From Sphyrna mokarran (taxonomy: Eukaryota): a DNA stretch of 64,000 nucleotides. Location of the stretch: contig JAGIQG010000043.1 of NCBI GenBank assembly GCA_024679065.1, positions 2,232,001 to 2,296,000 of the forward strand. The letters are read 5' to 3'. The notes below the pieces were generated by a model. The model ran no database searches. It was not told the origin of the DNA and saw nothing but the letters and a program-made list of their open reading frames with translations. The position numbers and the translations under genes were made by a program. Of the stretch, positions 28,901 through 38,100 are shown piece after piece (position 1 is the stretch's first letter; every line of letters starts with the position of its first letter).

Positions 28901-31701
28901 GCTTTGCTGAGATCGAGAGCAATACTGGGGATAGAATCACACATTTCAATTTTACACTCTGACAAATTGGTCCCTGATCTTCAGATGCGTCATGTTGTCT
29001 CTGCCAGATACAAGAAGTGGAAGAGGAGAAGAGGCCATTCGGCCTAACTCGTCTATTCTGCCATCGAACATCACCATGCCTCACCATGTACATAATATTC
29101 ACTTCTCCGCTCTTTCTCTTACTCATTAATCTATCCGCTCTCACAAATGTTTTTCAGTGATTGAACATCCACGGTTCATAACGGTAGTGAAGAAGAGGCA
29201 AAATATCAGAAAATGAAACTGGGAGGATTATGATAGGACAGTGCTGATTTCGATATTCATGGATGCCTGCAGAGACATTTGTAATTTACAAAATTAGGCT
29301 GCTTTTAGTAAAGTGTACCGTTATTATTAAATGGATTGAAAAATAGTCACTGTGAACAGCTACCTTTCTGAGATGAGAAACTGTCACTGAGAATACTGTC
29401 ACTGGAATTGACCCGAAGGACGCAGGTACAGCGAGCACCACTTCTCCAAGTTTCCGCCGAGAGGCTGATGTAACTCCTGACGGTGTAGGTCCCGTCCGGC
29501 TCCAGTGTCCCCGAATCGGTCTGCCCCTCGGTATCTCTCCCCAAAACATTCCAGCGGACAGGAAAAGAATCGGGAGACACACCTCTGACCAGGCACATCA
29601 ATGGGACCCTTTCCATGGCGGGAATCTCATCCAGAGGCGGGGTGAGGAGGAATATGGTGGGAGAACCCGCTAAATCCGGCAAATGAAACGGAGAACACTC
29701 ATTAATTGGTGGAACAGGACACTTTAATTGCTCTGAGATACCCACTGCAATAGAATATTTATGAGATTTACCTGTAATCACTAATTTGGAGCCATTTCCG
29801 AATATTTGACCCCTGTTCTGGTAATTGCGCTTTGCACAGTAATACATTCCAGAGTCATTTATTTGGGAATCCGTAATGATTAGTGAATAAAGACGCCCAT
29901 TTTCAGAAATCTGGCTGGAAAATCTCCCGTCAGCTTGGCTGTCCTTGTATGCTCTGTAAATTAAATCCATGCCGTTTCTCCCCCTCTGTCTGTACCAGAA
30001 GACATAGCCAACAGCTTGACCCTGGATGCGGCAGCTGAAATTAACAGGACTCCCCGCGGGGAGAGTCTGAACCGGCGGAGACTGGGACACGGTGACCTGA
30101 GACATTGTAACTGGGAAGGAGAAAAGGAGAGCATAACAGTCACCTCAGGTAATGGAGCATTCCCTGAATCCCTACAGTGAAGAAAGAGGCCATTTGGTCC
30201 ATCGACTTTGCACAGATCACAATCCCTCCTATCCCTATTTCCGCAATATTTACACTGCTAATCTCCTGTTACGAAGGGGCAATTTAGAACAAAGAAGAAA
30301 ACAGCACGGGAAACAGGCCCTTCGGCCCAATGAGCCCGCGCCGCCACCCCGATGTTTCCACCTCTACACGTGATCCCTGTCCATATTTATAGATCTATGG
30401 ATTAAAAACCAAATTTGAGACAATTTAGGGAGAATTTGTTTTGCCAATCCCTAGTAAGACAACAAGGTGGACCAAAGCACCCGTAGGATAAAAATAAGTA
30501 CATCAATATCATCTATTTACACACTTCCCAGGGAATCCCAACGCTCATGATCCCTTTTTAAAATCAGTTTTCTATACCCCTCCATTCCCCTTCTGTTCAT
30601 GTGCCCATCTAAGTATCTCTTAAATAACTCCAGAGTGCCTGCCTCCACCACTTTACTTGGCAGTGCATTCCATACCCCATCACCCTCTGTGTGAAAAAAC
30701 TCCCGCTAGCATGCAAATTATACCTTACCCCCCCTCACCCTTAGCCCGTGACTCGTCGTGCTATTCGAGTCCATCCTAGGAAAAGGCTTAACCCTGTTTA
30801 CTCTATCTATACCCCTCATAATCTTGTACACCTCTATTAGATCTCCTCTAAGTCTATAGCGTTGCCATTCATACTAACCCGCGCATCTTTGAACTTTTGG
30901 GGGAAGAGGAGCATCCGGAGGTAACCCACGCAGACACGGGGAAAACGTGCAACCTCTGCACGGGAATCCAAGCCTGGCGCTGTGATGTGACAGTGTTAAC
31001 CCACCGCTGAGATGTTCCAGCACTTTCTAATTTTGCTTCGATTTTTCCCCTCCTCCGTTGACTTTGGCAGCTAAAGTCTGTTCAGAAATTTATAACTGAC
31101 TCTGAGGTTCTACTTGAAAATCTTTCTCTTCCAAGTCGCCAATATTGTTAAGGGAGCCGATTATATAGAATATCTCAGGAGAAATGGCAAATGGGATTAA
31201 TTCCATTCCAATCATTGTTATGAATCGACGTTGCATTTTCTCAGCAACATTTGATTCATCGTTAAGTTAAACTTGCACGCTAGATCACAACTTACAGAAC
31301 TGATGAAGCTCTGGGTGAGGGGACCTTCGGCCCTTCCAATTTGAGTTGAATTTGTGAAAGATTTCACTAATATTATTGAATTTCACCCCTTTATATTTGT
31401 AACCAGTCACCCACTTTGAAAGTTCCATTTCCCCCGTTTGAAAGTTCATGTTGGATCTGCTTCCTCTGCCCTTTGAGACAAAACTTTCCAGATCACAACA
31501 GGTCAGATGGGTTAAAAAATCCCCTAATCTCCCTCTCTACTTTTATCAAATTCATATTCCCTTAGTTCCAGAAACTCTTGCCAACGGAATCAATTTCTGC
31601 CTCTTCGCTCAGTCCAAATCCTTCTCCACTCTATCTGAATATAATGAGGATATCTCACCCTGGAAGAGATGGAACAATGCACAGATACCGAGGAAACCCA
31701 T
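25910..31701 (-). CDS. Non-rearranging VJ-C1-TM-ITSM/ITIM immunoglobulin-superfamily receptor (PRARP/VJC1-like; TCR or Ig light chain-like architecture), copy 1, 303 aa
   Basis: Hand-spliced complement(join 25910-25954, 27784-27842, 27982-28101, 29364-29669, 29772-30110, 31659-31701). All introns are GT-AG with phases 1,1,1,1,0; 912 nt, open. Product: MGFLGICALFHLFQVTMS / QVTVSQSP..C..WYRQ..DSGMYYC..FGNGSKLVIT / AGSPTIFLLTPP..CLVRG..W..CTC / DSPFSLTCHLLFSGGLSAAALLLLGLVLVAGRRICRNRQR / GTANSDEELTESREHKQNKE / TLYARLAFNEDPKF*. Confidence 0.88.
27784..27842 (-). CDS. Copy 1 exon 5, cytoplasmic exon
   Basis: CTCTTTCTATCAG acceptor; 59 nt, phase 1 to 0; GTANSDEELTESREHKQNKE; donor GAG|GTGAAT. Confidence 0.75.
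27982..28101 (-). CDS. Copy 1 exon 4, stalk with Cys, transmembrane helix and basic stop-transfer segment
   Basis: TTTTTTGCAG acceptor; 120 nt; LLFSGGLSAAALLLLGLVLVAG followed by RRICRNRQR; donor GAG|GTAACG. Confidence 0.87.
28470..28800. repeat. About 51-52-bp SINE-derived minisatellite in intron 3 (paralog at about 55218-55540; related array at about 60635-60858)
   Basis: CAATTTAGCATGGCCAATCCACCTAACC...GGACACTAAGGG-type unit recurring at about 28473, 28525, 28577, 28627, 28679, 28731, 28783. Confidence 0.8.
29364..29669 (-). CDS. Copy 1 exon 3, C1-set Ig domain
   Basis: TTTAG acceptor; 306 nt; PTIFLLTPP, LMCLVRGVSP, VRW, DGTYTVRSYISL, TWRSG.RCTC are C1-set hallmarks; donor AAG|GTAGCT. Confidence 0.9.
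29772..30110 (-). CDS. Copy 1 exon 2, germline-joined VJ-type IgV domain
   Basis: Polypyrimidine tract plus CCCAG acceptor; 339 nt; B-strand Cys, WYRQ, DSGMYYC and J motif FGNGSKLVI in one exon; donor ACAG|GTAAAT. Confidence 0.93.
30286..30860 (-). mobile_element. CR1-clade LINE 3' end with long UTR, inserted in a V-SINE (about 30170-31010) in intron 1; paralog at about 57012-57590
   Basis: (AGAACAA)n tail and ORF2 end (FFTQRV.GVWNALPSKVV), with SINE halves on both sides. Confidence 0.75.
31659..31701 (-). CDS. Copy 1 exon 1, signal peptide (MGFLGICALFHLFQ)
   Basis: ATG at 31701-31699; 43 nt; phase-1 donor CAGG|GTGAGA; identical peptide in copy 2. Confidence 0.8.
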
Positions 31702-31862
31702 TCTCCTTGAGCGAGACCGTGAGACTCTGAGCCCCTGACCAAAATTTCACTGAGAACCCGCTCTTGTTCTCTCTGTGTGGGGGAGGAGTGAAATACACAC
31801 ACTGTGTACATGAATGAAAACACGACAGGGGTTTGAAAATAGAACCGAGGTAGAGAGCTCTC

Positions 31863-31880
31863 TGCGGTTTTCCTGTTTAC
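31863..31880. promoter_or_regulatory. Candidate lymphoid proximal promoter module (RUNX + ETS/NFAT + Forkhead), copy 1
   Basis: TGCGGT-TTTCC-TGTTTAC, about 165 bp upstream of the ATG; unchanged in copy 2. Confidence 0.45.
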
Positions 31881-32320
31881 TACAGGTCCAGTGCTGGCGA
31901 GCATTCGGCATGTTCTCCAAATTGCCTCAAATGTCTCACTCACATCAATTACACCACACATGGAGTGCAGAGCACCACTCTTCCGAATCTGGTAAGGATT
32001 CCCAGGTAGTGGAAAAGATGCAGTTAACATTTCACAACGAATGATACCAGAAATGAGGGCGTGCAACTGTCAGTGAGTCTTGAAGAGGTTGGAGCTCTTT
32101 ATCTCTGAAAGAAAAATGGATGCTGTGAAATGTACTGTTTCTTGCGCTCTGCACAGACAAAGCCTACCGTTCAGAGAGTACAAAGATTTGATTATTGTCA
32201 CATGTATTGGGATATAGTGAAAAGCATTGTTTCTTGTGCGCTGCACAGACAAAGCATACCATTTATAGAGTGCACAGATTTGATTTATTATTGTCACATC
32301 TATTGGGACACAGTAAAAAT

Positions 32321-32420
32321 NNNNNNNNNNNNNNNNNNNNNNNNNNNNNNNNNNNNNNNNNNNNNNNNNNNNNNNNNNNNNNNNNNNNNNNNNNNNNNNN
32401 NNNNNNNNNNNNNNNNNNNN
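32321..32420. other. Assembly gap (100 N)
   Basis: Run of exactly 100 N, a typical placeholder for a gap of unknown size. Confidence 0.99.
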
Positions 32421-35180
32421 ATAGAACATAGAACATAGAACATAGAACATTACAGCACAGAACAGGGCCTTCGGCCTTCGATGTTGCGCCGACCAATATA
32501 AAAAGCAATGCCCCTCCAAACTAAACCATTCCCTTCTCTTCCATATACTTACCAACTAACCTCTTAAACGCCACCAAACTTGGCGCATCTACAACTGCTG
32601 CAGGCAGGGCATTCCACTCCCGAACCACCCTTTGGGTAAAGAACCTACCTCTGATATCCGTCCTATAACTATCACCCCTTAATTTAAAGCTGTGTCCCCT
32701 CGTGCTAGCTTTTTCCATCCTAGGAAAAAGGCTATCACTGTCCACCCTATCTAAACCTCTAATCATCTTATATGTTTCGATTAGGTCCCCTCTTAGCCGC
32801 CTCCTTTCTAACGAAAACAACCTCAAATCCCTCAGCCTCTCTTCATAAGACCTGCCCTCCATACAGGCAACATCCTGGTAAACCTCCTCTGTACCCTCTC
32901 CAATGCCTCCACATCTTTCTTATAATGTGGGGACCAGAACTGCACACAATACTCCAAGTGCGGCCGCACTAGAGTTTTGTACAGTTGCAACATGACGTTG
33001 CGGCTCCGAAATTCAATCCCTCTACCAATAAAAGCCAAGACTCCATATGCCTTCCTAACAACCTTCTCGACCTGACTGCCTACTTTCAGGGATCTATGCA
33101 CATACACACCAAGATCCCTCTGTTCATCAAGATTACTAAGAATCCTACCATTAGCCCTATACTCTACACATTTATTATTCCTGCCATAGTGCATTACCTC
33201 ACACTTTTCCACATTAAAATCCATTTGCCACCTCTCGGCCCAGCTCTGCAACTTGTCCAAGTCTCTCTGCAAACTATAACACTCCTCTTCACTATCTACC
33301 ACTCCATCGACTTTAGTGTCATCTGCAAATTTACTAATCCATCCTTCAATACCTTCATCCAGATCATTTATAAAAATTACAAACAGCAGGGGCCCCAAAA
33401 CAGACCCCTGAGGTACACCACTTGTCACCGAACTCCAAGATTAATATCTCCCATCAACCACCACCCTCTGTCTTCTATCTGCTAGCCAATTCCTAACCCA
33501 ATTAGCTAAATCACCCTCTATCCCATACATCTGCATTTTCTGCAGAAGTCTTCCATGGGCCACCTTATCAAACGCCTTACTAAAGTTCATATATACCACA
33601 TCAACCGCCTTACCCCCATCCACCTCCTTAGTCACTTTTTCAAAAAACTCAATGAGGTTAGTAAGGCACGACCTACCCTTCACAAAAACCATGCTGACTA
33701 TCTCCAATCAATTCATTACTCTCTAAATAACTATAAATCCTATCCCTAATTATTCTCTCCAATACTTTGCACACAACAGAAGTAAGACTCACTGGCCTAT
33801 AATTCCCTGGAAGGTCTCTCTTCCCCTTCTTGAACAACGGGACCACATTCGCTATCCTCCAGTCCTCCGGAACCACACCCGTAACCAACGACGACCTAAG
33901 ATCAGAGCCAGAGGCTCTGCAATCTCCTCTCTTGCCTCCCAGAGAATCCTAGGGTAAATCCCGTCCGGCCCAGGGGACTTATCCAACTTCAAACCCTTGA
34001 GAATATCTAGCACATCCTCCCTATCTACTTCAATACTTTCCAGTTTGCTACCCTGTACCTCAGTGTTCTCCATAACTACATTTACATCACCCTGCGTGAA
34101 TACCGAAGAGAAATATTTATTCAGTGCCTCTCCAATCTCTTCAGGCTCCACGCACAACTTCCCACTGCTGTCTATGACTGGCCCTAATCTTGCCCTAACC
34201 AATCTTCTATTCTTAACATATCTAAAGAAAGCTTTAGGATTCTCCAATCCTATCAGCCAAAGTCTTCTCATGTCCTCTCTTTGCTCTCCTCAATTCACCC
34301 TTTAGCTCCCTCCTGGCTAATCTATAGCTATCCATTGCACTAACCGAGCCTTCAATCCTCATCCTGACATAAGCCTCCTTTTTCCTTTTAACCAGCAAAT
34401 CAACTTTTTTCGTACACCAAGGTTCTCTTACTCGACCATTTCCTCCTTGCCTGACAGGGACATACTTATCAAGGACTCGCAGCAGCTGCTCCTTGAATAA
34501 GCTCCACATTCCAGATGTTCCCAGTCCCTGTAGTTTCCTAGTCCAATCTATGCACCCTAATTCTCTCCTGATGGCCTCATAATTACCCTTCCCCCAGCTA
34601 TAACTACTGCCCCCAGCTTCATGCCTATCCCTATCCATCACTAAGGTGAACGTAACCGAATTGTGGTCACTATCACCAAAATGTTCACCAACTTCCAAGC
34701 CTAACACCTGGTCTGGCTCATTGCCCAGCACCAAATCCAATGTAGCCTCACCTCTAGTTGGCCTATCTACATACTGAGTCAAAAACCTTCCTGCACACTT
34801 TGTACGAAAACTGACCCCTCTAACGAGCTAGAGCTATAGCTATTCCAATCAATATTAGTAAAGTTAAAGTCCCCCATAACAATTACCCTATTACTTTCAC
34901 TCCTGACCAGAATTGACTTGGCAATCCTTTCCTCAACCTCTCTAGAACTTTTAGGAGGTCTATAAAAGACTCCCAACAGGGTGACCTCTCCTTTCCTGTT
35001 TCTAATCTCAGCCCATACTACCTCAACAGACAAGTCCTCATCAAACTTCTTCTCTGTCACTGTGATACAGTCTTTGACTAATAATGCCACTCCTCCCCCC
35101 CTTCTACCTCCTCTCTACTCCGACTAAAGCATTTGAACCCCGGAACCTGCAACATCCATTCTTGTCCCTGCTCTACCCAA
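32421..35180 (-). mobile_element. CR1/HER1-type LINE, near-complete ORF2 with several frameshifts
   Basis: Almost identical to the element at 46731-49478 but broken by short deletions; tail abuts the gap. Confidence 0.93.
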
Positions 35181-38100
35181 GACATACCGAGGGGATCACA
35201 AGATAATCATTGTTGGGGATATGTGCAGAAAATGTAAGTTACAGTTTAATTTATTCTCAGGATACGCAATACGGCGGCTTAGTTGAGAAGGATGAGGGCG
35301 GTGATCTCACTGTAACTTAGAGAACACTGAGTGGGCATGGAGAAGATCTTCAGAATAGAATGGAATAGAATCATGACAGTGCAGAAGGAGGCCATTTTAG
35401 CGCTCAGAGGTTCCACTGACAATGACCCCAGACAGGCGATATATCCGTAATGTATCTTAGACTCTGAGCTCCCCTCTCCCCCCGCCACACCCACCTCCCC
35501 ACACTAAGGGATAATTTAGCATGGCCAATCCAACAAATCCATACATCTTTGGGTTGTGGAGGAAGCTGGAGCATCGACAGGAATCCCATGCCGACATTGC
35601 GAGATTGTGCAAACTCAACACAGTCATTCAAGGCCAGAATTGAACCCGAGCCCCTAAGTGCTGTGAAATGGTAGTGCTAACGGCTTTGCCACCGTCCATT
35701 AGTTGGAGAGACTCGGCACAGACTCAGAGTAAAGGGTTGACCCTTTTGCACCGAGAAGAGAAGGGATTCCTTCAGCCAGAGTGACTTTAATATGTGGAAT
35801 TCATTGCCACAAAAGGCTGTGAAGGCCATGTCACTGAGCGTATTTAAAACAGAGATAGGTAGGCTCCTTGTTGGCAAGTGATTCAAAGGTTTAGAGGAAA
35901 AGGCAGGAGAATGGGGTTGAGAAGCATATCAGCCATGATCGAATAGCAGAGCAGACTCGATGGGCAGAATGGCGTAATTATGGTCCTTTATCCTATGGGC
36001 ATATTGCTCGGCAGCATGTATGATTGATTGGTGGCATTGAGTTGCCATTGTAGAATGTATTGTCTATATTATAGAAGTGTATAACACTTCGATGTTGTGC
36101 TAAACATGACGGAAGTTAAACTTATCCCTTCTGCCTGACCTTGATCCATATCCCTCTGTTTCTTGCATATTTATATCCTTATCTAAAAGCCCCTTAAACG
36201 CCCCTCTCAGGCCTGCCTCCAACACCACCTCAGACTGCGCCTTCCAGACTACTACCACTCTATGTAAACAATTTGCTCCTCACATTTCCTTTGAACTTTC
36301 CCCTCCGATTTAAGTGCATGCCCCTTAGCAACGGGGAGGAATTTCAAATTTCACAGTAAGTTTTTTGCAGTGTTAATATGAGCCTTACTTGTGACTAATA
36401 CATTGCATTTAAACTTGAAAAGGTTGACCCATATCCTCACGTTTGATCCCTTGTTCGTGACACAATCTGCTTGCACAGAAACTGGAAAAATTTTGGATGG
36501 ACTGTGGGTGAATAAATTTGAAACGCAGTGGAAGCTTTAGTGAGTTATTTCGATTCTCCCTTCATGTCGAGAACACACTGCCCGTTGATTGGCAGAATAC
36601 TTCACTTGTGAATTAATCTGCCTATCTTTGACTTATCTTCCAAATTGGGCGTTGAATAAACACACGGACATGATGTCACATTCACGAGGATAGTGTACAT
36701 AAGATCATTCACGCAATAGGCTAGTTTTTGTTCATTGTATCAAAGCTGGGAGCAGGCAGTCTGCTGTTTGCGGTTTCAAGTTGAGAGGTAAGGTGTGTCC
36801 TCCCAAGGCAGTTCTGTGCGTGCAGTACCTCAACTTTGAAAACAAGCAATTCACTGACAGCTTTTGGCTTGAAAACATTTCCATTAGTGATGTAAAGTGG
36901 ATGGAATCTTGGCTGGCGACTTGCACCCCTCGATACCGCAGAACATGCGAGCCGTCCTTGTGTGGGTAGAAGCTGGGAGCCGTGGACAGAGACAATGCGC
37001 CTCTTTGCTGTCACACCAATCGCTTTGTTATAGGGTCGACTGACTCGCGTCATTTTCATTCTAGGTCATGCACTTATGGAGGACAGCTCAGGCACTCAGT
37101 TCCCAGTAGTCAGAAGCCAAACTACAAATGCATTCTAAAATCTATTCATATTACAGGAGAAGCGATGGCTGAGTGGCATTGTCGCTGGACTATTAATCCA
37201 ACCACTCAACTGCTGTTCTGCCGACCCTTGTTCTAATCCCGCCACGATAGCTGGAGGAATATGAATTCAGTAGAAGATATGTGGAATTCAAAGTCTATTG
37301 ATGATCACATAACCATTTTCTATGATCAGGGAACCCCCCCCCCCACGCCCCAAACTTCCTTAATACCCTTTAACGATGGGAATCTGCTCCCCTTATCTAT
37401 TCTGGCCTACACGTGACTCCGGATACACAGCAATGTTGTTGACTCTTAACTGCCCCCGGGCAGCTAGGGATAGGCAAAAATTGCTGGACAGCCAGCAATG
37501 TCCAAACGATGTGATCCTTTTGTGGCAACGCGCGTTCCCCATTATTGTCCTGAAGATTATGTGATATGGGATCCTGAGGGGTCTTGGAGAATTTACACGT
37601 TTCACCGAATTCACTGCAGAACTCATGTTTCCAATGAGAGAATCCAATGAACATCAAATTTGCCCCATTAATAGTTCCAAATGTTTTGTCTGTTAGAATG
37701 ATGCATATTGACCCTTTGCAATAACTGCCACGTTGATCAGGATTCTACTCTTTATTCTCATTGGGATTTGAAGTCTTAAGACAGCTGATAAGGTGAGGGC
37801 TGATGTTTAGCAGGCACATTTTAAAATTAATGGTTTGTTTTAATTTGCATTGGCTTGAAACACCACTTGTAGTTCGTTCGTTTCCCCCTCCCCCCACCGG
37901 AAATCTGAGTGAACAGCTCCCTCAAGGAAAAATGAGTGAATGATCCATTTCATAATATTGACCAGTAACTTCGTCACTCTTTTGGTCGAGAACTTCAACT
38001 TTGTGGTTTCCAGATCATCAATAATCTGTCCTGGTCCCTTCATGCCGAAGATATGCTTAAGGAAATTCACCAATGCCTCTACTGTCTCAGATGGCTAAGG

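Larger units (their letters stand above)
7801..32320 (+). repeat. Segmental duplication unit, copy B (contains receptor gene 1)
   Basis: Collinear with 35349-59476 from the shared SINE at 7801/35349 up to the assembly gap. Confidence 0.92.

Noticed and set aside
29835-29841. Heptamer-like CACAGTA at the YYC codons as a recombination signal
   Set aside because: This is the usual embedded TACTGTG of V framework 3. There is no nonamer at 12 or 23 bp, and J is already joined.
29347-30105. 252-aa ORF (and 56073-56831) as a complete single-exon Ig light chain gene
   Set aside because: It has no signal peptide and contains a canonical 102-nt GT-AG intron. Separate leader, TM and cytoplasmic exons splice to it in phase.
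30711-30718. Ig octamer ATGCAAAT in intron 1 (also about 57440)
   Set aside because: It lies within the ORF2 remnant of a CR1 fragment rather than at the promoter; probably incidental.
31290-31380. Strong donor GTAAGT (minus strand) in intron 1 as the leader exon
   Set aside because: There is no ATG or hydrophobic peptide upstream of it; the exon at 31659-31701 fits far better.
25910-31701. Conventional TCR chain, or a rearranged/processed Ig or TCR retrocopy
   Set aside because: All introns are present, the TM lacks the charged Lys/Arg, the cytoplasmic tail is long with a tyrosine motif, and no separate V, D or J segments are seen in the window.
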